Positions 29,559 to 38,904 of a stretch of DNA of 64,000 nucleotides are shown one piece after another. Where the stretch lies: the NCBI GenBank assembly GCA_028717645.1, contig JAQUNK010000003.1:13486-77485 (forward strand). Direction: 5' to 3'. A model generated the notes under the pieces. It had not been told where the DNA came from. It made no database searches and saw only the letters and a list, made by a program, of their open reading frames with translations. The translations under genes were made by a program, and so were the position numbers. The number at the start of each line of letters is the position of its first letter. Position 1 is the stretch's first letter. The DNA is from Candidatus Omnitrophota bacterium. GTDB lineage: Bacteria; Omnitrophota; Gorgyraeia; Gygaellales; JAMWDD01.

Positions 29559-31355
29559 ATGGCTAAATCAAATTTCTTTATAATCATCATATTTGTGCTT
29601 ATCCTCATCGTATTCACTTTCCCGCTGTTTCTTCATTTAACCTGTTATATCCCGGGTTTTTCTTCTACTGATGAGCCGTTGGCCACGCTCTGGAATAGCT
29701 GGCTGGCCAAGTATTCTTTTACGCACCACCTGCCTACGACGTTTACTTTTCTCTTCGCTTATCCTTTCGGAATAGCCTCGGACACTTCTGGATTCGTTTC
29801 CTACCTGTGGAAGGCGGTAAATTATTTCCTAAGCATAACGACAAGCCCGGTATTGAATTATAATATCCAGGTGTTGTTTAATTCTCTTTTATCAGCCGTA
29901 TGCGTATATTTCCTGGTGCTTTATTTGGCCAAAAGCAGGCTAGGTGCGGTATTTAGCGCTATTGCCTTTACGTTCTGCCCTTATCAGTTCGCCAGGGCCT
30001 GGCAGCATCTGGGCCTTACCTATAATCAATGGATACCGCTTATTTTGTTCTCTGCGATCTTGCTTAAAGATGACCTTTCGCGCAAAAGATCATTTTTCTT
30101 CTTATTAAGCCTTTTATTGGTCTTTTCATTCGATTTTTCCATTATGTATCTGGCAGCTATTTCCCTGGCGGCATTTTTTATCTATGTTTTATTGCATAAC
30201 TGGAGAATAAAGATAAGAGAGCGGGGCATAGGGAAATCAGAGATAAGATTTTTTAAGAATGCATTCTTAATCGGAATATTTGCTTTCATTGTTCTATTGC
30301 CGCAATTTGCGCCTATTATAACGAACAGGTTAAAATTATCTTCAACCACCGCGGCATCGGTTTTTAATCCTTACCATCGGCCGTTCGAAGACCTGTTCGA
30401 GCAATCGGCAAGGCCGTTAAGCTATTTATTACCGGCGACCACGCACCCTGTTTTCGGGAAATTTACCGAGCAGTTTATCGGCTCAAAGCTTTACGGTACG
30501 AGCCTTACTGAGCACACACTTTATCTGGGCTGGATCCCGCTGATCCTGGCATTTATTGCATTTCTACGTTGGAAAAAAGACCGCAAGAAACCGAGGGCCG
30601 GAGAAGACCATTACTTTGGTTTCTTTTTATTTTTGGCGCTTTTTGCCTGGTTATTTTCCCAGCCGCCCTGGTGGAAGATCGGGCCGTTAAAGATCTGGAT
30701 GCCGTCGTTTCTTATGTATAAGATACTTCCGATGTACCGGGCTTATTGCAGGTTCGGCATCGTGTTGATGTTAGCAGTGGCAGTAACAGCAGGTTTTGGG
30801 CTTAAGTTTATTTTAGAAAGATTTAAGACCAAGAAGGCCAGGCTGGCCGTATCTATGCTATTTTGCGGTTTGCTTTTATTTGAATTCTGGAATTACCCGC
30901 CTTTTAAGGTAATCGATGTTTCCCGCGCCCCGCAGGCTTACTCCTGGCTTAAGGCTCAAGCGCAGGACTTTGCTATTGCCGAATATCCCCTGGATTGCCA
31001 GGGTGCGAACGTAATGTATATGTTTTATCAGACCAAGCATGAGAAAAAAATGATCAATGGCACGATCCCCGGGACAAAAGCCAATGATCTGGCCAGGACT
31101 ATTACCAGGTTATCCAGCCCTGAAACTGCCAGGATGTTGGCATGGATGGGGGTAAAATACGTCCTGGTGCATTATGATGGGTATCTTCAGACCGAATTGA
31201 TCAAGGACAAAGATGAATTAGAAACGATCCCCAAAAATAAAGGCCTTAAGCTTGTGAGGAGTTTTCCGGAACAGGAATGCCTGGAAGAAAATATTTTTTG
31301 TACCAAAAAAACAGGTAAAATAGATGTTTATGAAGTGGTTGCGCGGATAAAATAA
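29559..31355 (+). CDS. polytopic integral membrane protein, possible GT-C-type glycosyltransferase or YfhO-like
   Basis: 598 aa with more than 10 predicted TM helices and a large C-terminal soluble domain. No diagnostic motif was recognised. Confidence 0.35.
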   Translation: MAKSNFFIIIIFVLILIVFTFPLFLHLTCYIPGFSSTDEPLATLWNSWLAKYSFTHHLPTTFTFLFAYPFGIASDTSGFVSYLWKAVNYFLSITTSPVLNYNIQVLFNSLLSAVCVYFLVLYLAKSRLGAVFSAIAFTFCPYQFARAWQHLGLTYNQWIPLILFSAILLKDDLSRKRSFFFLLSLLLVFSFDFSIMYLAAISLAAFFIYVLLHNWRIKIRERGIGKSEIRFFKNAFLIGIFAFIVLLPQFAPIITNRLKLSSTTAASVFNPYHRPFEDLFEQSARPLSYLLPATTHPVFGKFTEQFIGSKLYGTSLTEHTLYLGWIPLILAFIAFLRWKKDRKKPRAGEDHYFGFFLFLALFAWLFSQPPWWKIGPLKIWMPSFLMYKILPMYRAYCRFGIVLMLAVAVTAGFGLKFILERFKTKKARLAVSMLFCGLLLFEFWNYPPFKVIDVSRAPQAYSWLKAQAQDFAIAEYPLDCQGANVMYMFYQTKHEKKMINGTIPGTKANDLARTITRLSSPETARMLAWMGVKYVLVHYDGYLQTELIKDKDELETIPKNKGLKLVRSFPEQECLEENIFCTKKTGKIDVYEVVARIK

Positions 31356-31370
31356 CTAAAAAGCGAGGAC

Positions 31371-32132
31371 GTGATCAAAATGAAGAGCGATATCCCGGTG
31401 GTAATTCTGTGCGGCGGAAAAGGTACACGCATGGGTAATGATGAATTGCCCAAACCGATGTTCCGTATCGGCGATAAACCCATGCTCTCACACATTATGA
31501 GCATTTATTCGCATTACGGCTTCAATAATTTTATCCTGGCCCTGGGCTACAAGAAGGAAAAGTTCAGGGAATATTTTAAAGGAATGCATAAATGGAAGAT
31601 CAAGTTCGTAGATACGGGCCTGGAAACTAATACTGGAGGAAGGATAAAAAAGCTGGAAAGCCTGATCAAAAGTGAAATATTCCTGGCGACCTATGGAGAC
31701 GGGCTTTCGGACGTGGATATAAATAAAGTTTTGGATTACCATCTTTGCCGCGGTAAAATTGCCACACTTGTTTCCGTGCGGCCGCATTCGCCGTTCGGTA
31801 TCATCGGTATCGATACGCATACCGACCGCGTGACGCATTTTGAAGAAAAGCCGATGCTCGACCACTGGATAAACGGCGGATTCTTCGTTTTTAACCGCAG
31901 CGTCTTTAAATATATGGGAAAAAATGATATCCTGGAAAGAGATGTCTTGCCGAGCCTAGCCAAAGATAAGAATTTATTGGCCTACAAGCACGACGGGTTC
32001 TGGAAATGCATGGATACTTATAAAGATAACCTTAATTTGAATGAGTTGTGGAAAAAGGGGAATGCACCCTGGGCCGCTTGGTTGTGCAACGCAGGCATTA
32101 AGAAGGAGTGCTGTGGAAGAACTAAAGAATAA
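31371..32132 (+). CDS. rfbF: glucose-1-phosphate cytidylyltransferase
   Basis: VVILCGGKGTRMG...PKPMFRIGDKPMLSHIMSIYSHYGFNNFILALGYK closely parallels RfbF (VILAGGLGTRL...KPKPMVEIGGKPILWHIM). Confidence 0.85.
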   Translation: MIKMKSDIPVVILCGGKGTRMGNDELPKPMFRIGDKPMLSHIMSIYSHYGFNNFILALGYKKEKFREYFKGMHKWKIKFVDTGLETNTGGRIKKLESLIKSEIFLATYGDGLSDVDINKVLDYHLCRGKIATLVSVRPHSPFGIIGIDTHTDRVTHFEEKPMLDHWINGGFFVFNRSVFKYMGKNDILERDVLPSLAKDKNLLAYKHDGFWKCMDTYKDNLNLNELWKKGNAPWAAWLCNAGIKKECCGRTKE

Positions 32133-33231
32133 AGTTTTTATTTTAGGGTTGGATGGAGGGACCTGGAAAATATTAGATCCCTTATTGCAAAAAGGATTGA
32201 TGCCCAACCTTAAAAAAATGGTTGAAGAAGGGACGAAGGGGACATTGAGATCGACTGTGCCTCCGCTTACTCCTCCTGCGTGGACTTCATTTCAAACTGG
32301 AGTAAACCCGGGAAAGCATGGGATTTTTGATTTTTTGGGCTTCGACCCGACAAAGAAAAAGACATACGTGGTAAATTCCAACTCCATACCATTAAAAACA
32401 ATATGGGATATCGCTAGCAATAGTGGTAAGAAGGTTATAACTGTTAATGTTCCGCTTACATATCCGCCCAAAAGAGAACCTAACAGAATTACAATCGGAT
32501 GCATGCTGTCTCCGAAAGAAAATGTCGATATCGTTTGGCCTAAAGAAATATTTGAAAAGTATATAAAAAGATCGGGCTATAAAATTTTAGGGGCATACTC
32601 CACGGGGAGTCTTAAGGATTCAGCCATAGAAGCGATTATTAATGAAGCGACGGAAGTGGAAAGAGCAAGAATAGAAGTCAGTCGCCGTTTAATGGCTGAT
32701 TATCCATGGGACCTTTTTATGCTGCAAATACAGTCGACAGATCATGTGCAGCACTTTTTTTCCCATTACCTTGACCCGGATTCCCCAGACTTTGGATCCC
32801 ATAAATACGCTTTAGTATCCAAATTTTATCAAGAACTTGATGAGGAAGTAGGCAAACTTGTTCAATCTTTGGATGAAAATGTAACTGTAATTATTGCCTC
32901 AGATCACGGATTCCATTACTTTAAGAAGTATGTTAATATAAATCCATTATTAAGGACGCAAGGATTCTTGGAAGAATCAGAATCCTTAGAGGTTAATGTC
33001 ATCGAGAAGTGTATAAAATTCTTAAGAAGAAATAAAATATTAATGTGGTCGGCAAAGATATTTTTAAGTACTAGCATTCAGTTAAAAATTCTGGCTGCAG
33101 TAAATAATGTGAATGCTAAAGACTGGTTCCGCGCAAAAGTATTTATGCCCCGGGGAGGTATATTTGCCTCAATCTTCATTAATGATAAGGTATGTTTACA
33201 GTCAATTCAAAAAAAATTATTGAATTATTAA
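32113..33231 (+). CDS. alkaline-phosphatase-superfamily protein (type I phosphodiesterase/NPP-like), N-terminal segment, frame-disrupted
   Basis: GLDGGTW...MPNLKK...TVPPLTPPAWTSFQTGVNPGKHGIFDF (metal-site/nucleophile region) and ASDHGF. GTG start at 32113 with AAGGAG at 32103-32108. The frame ends after the A8 run and the protein continues in 33192..33713. Confidence 0.6.
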   Translation: MEELKNKVFILGLDGGTWKILDPLLQKGLMPNLKKMVEEGTKGTLRSTVPPLTPPAWTSFQTGVNPGKHGIFDFLGFDPTKKKTYVVNSNSIPLKTIWDIASNSGKKVITVNVPLTYPPKREPNRITIGCMLSPKENVDIVWPKEIFEKYIKRSGYKILGAYSTGSLKDSAIEAIINEATEVERARIEVSRRLMADYPWDLFMLQIQSTDHVQHFFSHYLDPDSPDFGSHKYALVSKFYQELDEEVGKLVQSLDENVTVIIASDHGFHYFKKYVNINPLLRTQGFLEESESLEVNVIEKCIKFLRRNKILMWSAKIFLSTSIQLKILAAVNNVNAKDWFRAKVFMPRGGIFASIFINDKVCLQSIQKKLLNY

Positions 33232-33713
33232 GGGAATTTAAAGACCCTGAATCAGGAGAAAAGATAGTAAAACAAATTTATTTGAAAGAAAAAGTTTTCT
33301 TTGGCCCTTACTTAGATCGCTTACCGGATCTAATGATTGAATTCAAAGATAAATATACCGCAAGACTCTCGCTTTCTACAGACAAAGAAATATTTAAAAA
33401 AGTAATTTATCCGCATGATTTGACTGGATCACATGATTTGAAGGGAATTGTTGTGTTTTATGGAAGGAATATAAAGTCAGGAATAAACTTCAATGCTGAT
33501 ATTATTGATATCGCTCCTACAATCTTGAGCGTTCTGGGGATAGAAATTCCCTCTTACATGGATGGGCGAGCAATACAAGAGGTATTTATTGAGAATTTGA
33601 ATATAAAAATTAAAGAAACAGAACAAAAAGAAATAAAAAACAGTGATAAAAACAGTACTTATAAGGACCAAAGAGAAGTAGAAAAAAGATTGAAAAATCT
33701 GGGGTATCTATAA
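33192..33713 (+). CDS. alkaline-phosphatase-superfamily protein, C-terminal segment continuing 32113..33231
   Basis: Aligns with the C-terminal region of the paralog at 34967..36238 (GPYLD/GPYLE, PDLMI/PDLIL, IAPTIL). It is separated from the upstream segment by a -1 frame change at the A8 run (33209-33216). Confidence 0.5.
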   Translation: MFTVNSKKIIELLREFKDPESGEKIVKQIYLKEKVFFGPYLDRLPDLMIEFKDKYTARLSLSTDKEIFKKVIYPHDLTGSHDLKGIVVFYGRNIKSGINFNADIIDIAPTILSVLGIEIPSYMDGRAIQEVFIENLNIKIKETEQKEIKNSDKNSTYKDQREVEKRLKNLGYL

Positions 33714-33728
33714 CTATTATAAGAAAAA

Positions 33729-34970
33729 ATGAATTCTCAACTTAAATTTATAATCGTCGGCAGCGTTGATCACGGGAAGTCTACTCTTATTGGACGCCTA
33801 CTTTTTGATACACATTCCATCTCTGCCGATAAGGTAGATGAGATGCTAAAGACTGCAAAGAAACTAGGCAGGTCTACAGCCTTCGCATACTTATTAGACC
33901 ATTTGGAAGAAGAGCGCCGGCAGGAAGTCACCATTGATACGACTCAAGTATTCTTCAAAACCGACAAGAGGGAATATATGATTATAGATGCCCCTGGCCA
34001 TGTTGAATTCGTAAAAAATATGGTTACCGGCGCGACCCAAGCGGAGGTAGCTATATTGATCATTGATGCCGAAGAAGGGATAAAAGAACAAACAAGGCGC
34101 CACGCATATTTATTATCTTTGCTGGGTTTTAACCAGATAATTGTAGTGATAAACAAGATGGATTTGGTCGGTTTTAAACAGGATAGGTTCTTAGAGGTTC
34201 AAAAAGAAGCCGACGCCTTCCTGGGGTTTTTAAACATAAAACCTCTTTTCTATATTCCGATTTCTGCGGCAGAAGGAGATAACGTCGTTGAGAAATCCAA
34301 GAAGATGAGCTGGTATAAAGGCAAAATTTTCTTAGAGAGTCTGGAAGTTTTAAAAGAAAGAAAATCCCTGGAGGATAAGCCATTGATTTTTCCCGTCCAG
34401 GATGTCTATAGAATTGACGATAAAAGGATTGTGGTGGGAAGGATTGCCGCTGGCAGTATAAATCGGGACGAAGAAATAAAAATATTGCCCAGTGGGCAGC
34501 TTACAAAATTAAAATCCATTGAGAAGTTCGGTCAGGATAACGTGAAAAGTTCTTCTGTCGGGGAAAGTGTCGGTATTACTACTTGTGACCCCGTATTCTT
34601 GGATCGAGGGGACGTAATTTCAAGCTCCAAATATCCACCGCATATCACCGATACTTTTACGGCGGATATTTTTTGGCTCGTCAAAGAGGACTTTAATAAG
34701 ACTGAGCGTTTGACTTTAAGATGCGCGACTCAGGAGATTGCCTGCGAGATACAAAGTATCAGGGAAAGAATAGATTCTTCCACTCTTAGGGTGATCGAAG
34801 AAAATGCCGATGTGCTTAAATACATAGAAGTCGGCAGAGTACAAATAAAAACTAAGAAGCCGATTATAGTAGAATGTTTTAATGATATCGAGGAATTGGG
34901 TAGGTTCGTTCTTGTGCGTAAAGAAAATACCTGCGCAGGCGGGATCATAAGCGGATTAGCCATATCATGA
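33729..34970 (+). CDS. cysN: sulfate adenylyltransferase subunit 1 (GTPase), no APS-kinase fusion
   Basis: GSVDHGKSTLIGRLL (G1), DAPGH (G3), NKMD (G4). Length 413 aa, close alignment to CysN/NodQ. The APS-kinase C-terminal domain is absent. Confidence 0.88.
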   Translation: MNSQLKFIIVGSVDHGKSTLIGRLLFDTHSISADKVDEMLKTAKKLGRSTAFAYLLDHLEEERRQEVTIDTTQVFFKTDKREYMIIDAPGHVEFVKNMVTGATQAEVAILIIDAEEGIKEQTRRHAYLLSLLGFNQIIVVINKMDLVGFKQDRFLEVQKEADAFLGFLNIKPLFYIPISAAEGDNVVEKSKKMSWYKGKIFLESLEVLKERKSLEDKPLIFPVQDVYRIDDKRIVVGRIAAGSINRDEEIKILPSGQLTKLKSIEKFGQDNVKSSSVGESVGITTCDPVFLDRGDVISSSKYPPHITDTFTADIFWLVKEDFNKTERLTLRCATQEIACEIQSIRERIDSSTLRVIEENADVLKYIEVGRVQIKTKKPIIVECFNDIEELGRFVLVRKENTCAGGIISGLAIS

Positions 34971-36238
34971 AAAAACGCGTTATAATTATCGGCTTAGACG
35001 GTGTTCCTTATGAATTGATTAGAGACCTATCAGAAAAAGGGATTATGCCTAATGTGACAAAATTGCTTAGCCGGAGCAGCTTCAGGAAAATGCGCTCTTC
35101 TATCCCGGAAGTTTCCTGCGTTGCCTGGTCGTCTATTATTACGGGAAAGAATCCTGCCGAACACGGAATTTTCGGTTTTACTGACTTATGCGCAAATTCT
35201 TACAAGTTAAGGTTTCCTGATTTTAATGACTTAAAATCGAGGCCTTTTTGGGAAAACTCGCTAGTCAAATCTGTAGTCATAAATGTTCCATCCACTTATC
35301 CTGCTAGACCAATGAATGGTATACATATTTCCGGGTTTGTTTCTATTGAAATAAAAAAAAGTGTTTATCCAAGTACGCTGGTTCCGGTCTTAGAGTCTAT
35401 CGATTATCGTCTGGATGTAGATTCAGACAAGGCGCACAAGTCCATGGATTTATTCTTGGAGGACCTGGAAAAAGCCCTTGGAGCAAGGATTAAGACTTAC
35501 GAATATCTCTGGGATAAAATTGACTGGGAAATATTTATGTTAGTTTTTACCGAAACTGACCGGTTGATGCATTTTCTTTGGAATGCCTATCTCGATACGG
35601 AGCATAAATACCACCAAGATTTTTTAAAATGTTTTAAAAAGATAGATAACGTAATCGGAGATATCTTAAGTAAAATAAAGGAAAGCGATTCTTTGATTAT
35701 GCTTTCTGACCATGGCTTTGAAAAACTTGAATGCGACGTTTATATAAATTGGCTTTTGAAAGAAAATACTTTTCTGGATTGGACGGTTGGTGAAGAAGCG
35801 GGATTAGAAAATATTAATTCGTCTACGAAAGCATTTGCTTTAGACCCCGCAAGGATTTATGTAAACACAAACGTAAGATTTCCCCGTGGTTCCATAAAAG
35901 ATTGGGATAAAGATAAGGTATTAAGAGACTTAGAGTCTTTATTTACTGGTCTTACAATAAATGGTAGAAAAGTAATAAAGAGTATTTGCAGGAAAGAGCA
36001 GATTTATTCAGGGCCATATTTGGAGGTTGGGCCAGATTTGATTTTACTGGGGAATACAGGGTTTAATCTTAGGGCAAGCTTGCAGTCTCAGGGCATTACT
36101 GGCAAAGGGATCTTCACAGGAAAGCATACCCAGGATAATGGTTTTTTAATTCTTGCTGATGCTGGAGGCGAAATTAATATACCCGAATATCCCTCGGTAT
36201 GCGATTTTACAAGTATAATCAACGGATTAAACAACTAA
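34967..36238 (+). CDS. alkaline-phosphatase-superfamily protein (type I phosphodiesterase/NPP-like), soluble paralog
   Basis: IIIGLDGVPYELI...MPNVTKL...PEVSCVAWSSIITGKNPAEHGIFGF and MLSDHGFE. It is paralogous to 32113..33713 but has Ser-Cys where the paralog has Thr-Pro at the putative nucleophile position. Confidence 0.7.
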   Translation: MKKRVIIIGLDGVPYELIRDLSEKGIMPNVTKLLSRSSFRKMRSSIPEVSCVAWSSIITGKNPAEHGIFGFTDLCANSYKLRFPDFNDLKSRPFWENSLVKSVVINVPSTYPARPMNGIHISGFVSIEIKKSVYPSTLVPVLESIDYRLDVDSDKAHKSMDLFLEDLEKALGARIKTYEYLWDKIDWEIFMLVFTETDRLMHFLWNAYLDTEHKYHQDFLKCFKKIDNVIGDILSKIKESDSLIMLSDHGFEKLECDVYINWLLKENTFLDWTVGEEAGLENINSSTKAFALDPARIYVNTNVRFPRGSIKDWDKDKVLRDLESLFTGLTINGRKVIKSICRKEQIYSGPYLEVGPDLILLGNTGFNLRASLQSQGITGKGIFTGKHTQDNGFLILADAGGEINIPEYPSVCDFTSIINGLNN

Positions 36239-36296
36239 TATTTTTTAAGAGCCTATTAAAATTTAGTAGGCTATATTAGTAATTATGAGGCTATAA

Positions 36297-37097
36297 ATGG
36301 AACAACTTGAGAAACTGGAAAATCAAAGTATATTTATAATCAGAGAGGCCTATAGGCAATTTCGGTCCGTAGCAATGCTTTGGTCGATAGGCAAGGATTC
36401 CACCGCGCTTCTCTGGCTCATCAGAAAGGCCTTCTACGGTAGGATCCCTTTTCCGATTATGCATCTAGATACCACCTATAAGTTTAAAGAGATTTACGAG
36501 TTCAGGGATAAGTACGCAAAGGAATGGGGGCTTGACCTGCTAGTATATAAGAATGAAAAGGCGATAGAAGATGAGGTCGGGCCTTCCAAGAGAAAATTTG
36601 AATGCTGCACAGAATTAAAAACCAACGCTTTAAAAGAAGCCATTCTAAAGAATAAATTCAAGGCAATATACTTAGGGATAAGAAGAGATGAACATGGTAT
36701 TCGTGCAAAGGAGCGTTTTTTTTCACCCAGGGATGAAGATTTTGAGTGGAATTATAAAGAACAGCCGCCGGAACTATGGGATCAGTTCAAATCAAAGGCA
36801 AAAAACGAAGAGCACATCCGCGTGCATCCTCTCTTAGGGTGGCGGGAACTGGATATCTGGGAATACATAAAAAAAGAAAATATCCCTATTGCGGGGCTTT
36901 ATTTCGCCAAGGATGGCAAACGCTATAGAAGCATCGGCTGCCAGACTTGCTGCGAGCCAGTAGATTCAAGCGCGGACACGATAGACAAGATAATAGAAGA
37001 GCTGAAAACCACGACCGTTTCCGAAAGAAGCGGCAGGGCGCAGGATAAGGAATCTGCTTATACCATGCAGAAGCTTAGGTCTTTGGGTTATATGTAG
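36297..37097 (+). CDS. cysD: sulfate adenylyltransferase subunit 2
   Basis: SIGKDS PP-loop, FYG.IPFP..H.DT.YKF.E.YEFRD, GIRRDEHGIRAKER and HPLLGWRELDIWEYI all align with E. coli CysD. Confidence 0.88.
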   Translation: MEQLEKLENQSIFIIREAYRQFRSVAMLWSIGKDSTALLWLIRKAFYGRIPFPIMHLDTTYKFKEIYEFRDKYAKEWGLDLLVYKNEKAIEDEVGPSKRKFECCTELKTNALKEAILKNKFKAIYLGIRRDEHGIRAKERFFSPRDEDFEWNYKEQPPELWDQFKSKAKNEEHIRVHPLLGWRELDIWEYIKKENIPIAGLYFAKDGKRYRSIGCQTCCEPVDSSADTIDKIIEELKTTTVSERSGRAQDKESAYTMQKLRSLGYM

Positions 37098-37109
37098 GAG
37101 GTGATTTTT

Positions 37110-38129
37110 ATGAAAATAGTGGAGAAATTCTGGAAAGGCAAGAAAGTCCTGGTTACCGGAGCGAACGGCTTTTTGGCTTCGCATATCAGCGTAAAATTAC
37201 TGAAGAGCGGAGCCAGCGTAATAGGGATCATTAAGGAAAATATCCCGGCTTCTTTTTTGGACCTTGAGCGGAAAAAGAACCAATTCAAAAAGCTTAAAAT
37301 ACTCAAAGGCGATATTGCCGATTATGCCTTCATCAAGAGGTTGTTCAAGAATTATAAGCCGGACATCTGTTTTCATGTGGCAGCGCAGGCTATTGTGGGA
37401 AAGGCGAACAAATCGCCCATACCCACTCTAAAGACCAATATCGAAGGGACATGGAACATTTTAGACGTGGCCAGGGAATTTTCACCCCAGACAAAGATCG
37501 TGGTTGCTTCCAGCGACAAAGCTTACGGCGAACACAAGAAGCTGCCTTATACAGAAAGTGCGGCTTTGCAGGCGCTGCATCCTTATGATGCTTCTAAGGC
37601 ATGCACGGATATCCTGAGCCGCACTTATGCGCATACCTATGGTTTAGGCGTTGCCGTGACCCGCTGCGCGAATATTTACGGGCCAGGAGACCTGAATTTC
37701 TCCAGGATCGTTCCGGACACCCTTAGGTCGGCGATCTCAGGCAAAGACCCGGTGATCCGTAGCGACGGGACACCCTTAAGGGACTATGTATTCGTTTGCG
37801 ACATAGTGAATGCCTACTTGTTATTGGCAAAAGCGCTTTTCCAGGGAAAGCCCGGAGTGCGCGGCGAAGCGTTCAATTTCGGAAGCGGTAAGCCGATAAG
37901 TGTTTTAAAATTGGTAAATGTGATCATCAATGCCTCCGGAAAAAGGAATTTAAAACCGCAGATCTTAAGCCGGACAAAAATAAAAGGGGAGATAGGCAAA
38001 CAGTATCTTTCCAGCCGCAAGGCGGGGAATATCTTGCACTGGGCTCCGAAATACAAACTGAATGAGGGGATAAAAATTACCCTGGGTTGGTATAAGGAAT
38101 TCTTAAAGAAAGGAAAAAAAGATGATTAA
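37110..38129 (+). CDS. rfbG: CDP-glucose 4,6-dehydratase
   Basis: FWKGKKVLVTGANGF matches the RfbG FWQGKRVFVTGHTGF. YDASKA is the catalytic YxxxK. AGGAGG lies 8 nt upstream of the ATG at 37110. Confidence 0.8.
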   Translation: MKIVEKFWKGKKVLVTGANGFLASHISVKLLKSGASVIGIIKENIPASFLDLERKKNQFKKLKILKGDIADYAFIKRLFKNYKPDICFHVAAQAIVGKANKSPIPTLKTNIEGTWNILDVAREFSPQTKIVVASSDKAYGEHKKLPYTESAALQALHPYDASKACTDILSRTYAHTYGLGVAVTRCANIYGPGDLNFSRIVPDTLRSAISGKDPVIRSDGTPLRDYVFVCDIVNAYLLLAKALFQGKPGVRGEAFNFGSGKPISVLKLVNVIINASGKRNLKPQILSRTKIKGEIGKQYLSSRKAGNILHWAPKYKLNEGIKITLGWYKEFLKKGKKDD

Positions 38130-38904
38130 AAAAGTAGCCAAGGCCATACTTTTATTAGTCATTGTTTCGATGATCGGACTAGTTGTTTTTCAGGTTCCCC
38201 GTAATGGCCCGAAAGCGATAATCAGTTCTTTGTACAAAGCGGGGTTTTCCGGAGAAAATAAAAAATTCGTTTTTCAGGTCAAGCTCTTCGGGTTGATCCC
38301 GGCCGGAGAAGCTGTTTTAAGCGAAGCCTCGGATAAAAACCTGAACGGCAGGGATGTCCTCTGCATAACTGCCCAGGCTTATCCTTCGGCCTTTATCTCT
38401 AGAATATATAAGGTAAGAGTCCAGGTGAAGAGCCTTATCGACAAACAAAACCAGTTACCGGTCTTATTTACCCAGCAATTGGAAATGCAAAACAAACCCA
38501 GCGATAACAAAGAAGTATATTACGACCAGAAAAAAAATATTATGACACTGCGGGGGGAAGAAAGGGCGATATTGGCCGATACTTATGACCCGCTTTCCGC
38601 AGTGCGTTTTTTAAGGAACCAGGACTTCAATAAATTCAAAGAGTTCGATATAAATATAAACACTAACCAGAAGAATTACGGCATGAAGGGAAAAGTGCTG
38701 CGCAGGGAAAAGATTGTCGTTGGTGGCAAGGAATACTTTGTTTGGGTGCTCCAGGCAAAAATCGCCAGGCGAGACAAAAATAATCCTTATCACCGCTCGC
38801 AGGTGACGCTTTATTTACTGGATAATGCCGAGAAGACGCCGCTAATGATCAAGGTTTTTGCCAGCGGCGGCCTGATCGTGGCAGTTCTTGAAAAGGCGGA
38901 ATAA
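38122..38904 (+). CDS. hypothetical exported/membrane-anchored protein (possibly DUF3108-like)
   Basis: N-terminal signal-anchor helix (ILLLVIVSMIGLVVF) and a soluble beta-rich body. No catalytic motif was recognised. Confidence 0.35.
   Translation: MIKKVAKAILLLVIVSMIGLVVFQVPRNGPKAIISSLYKAGFSGENKKFVFQVKLFGLIPAGEAVLSEASDKNLNGRDVLCITAQAYPSAFISRIYKVRVQVKSLIDKQNQLPVLFTQQLEMQNKPSDNKEVYYDQKKNIMTLRGEERAILADTYDPLSAVRFLRNQDFNKFKEFDININTNQKNYGMKGKVLRREKIVVGGKEYFVWVLQAKIARRDKNNPYHRSQVTLYLLDNAEKTPLMIKVFASGGLIVAVLEKAE

Noticed and set aside
33729-37097. Considered calling cysN/cysD simply as assimilatory sulfate reduction genes misplaced by chance
   Set aside because: Not rejected outright, but judged less likely as the sole explanation. 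They are separated by an AP-superfamily gene, flanked by another, sit in an AT-richer island between rfbF and rfbG, and no cysC/cysH/cysIJ genes accompany them. Retained as a finding with the alternative stated.
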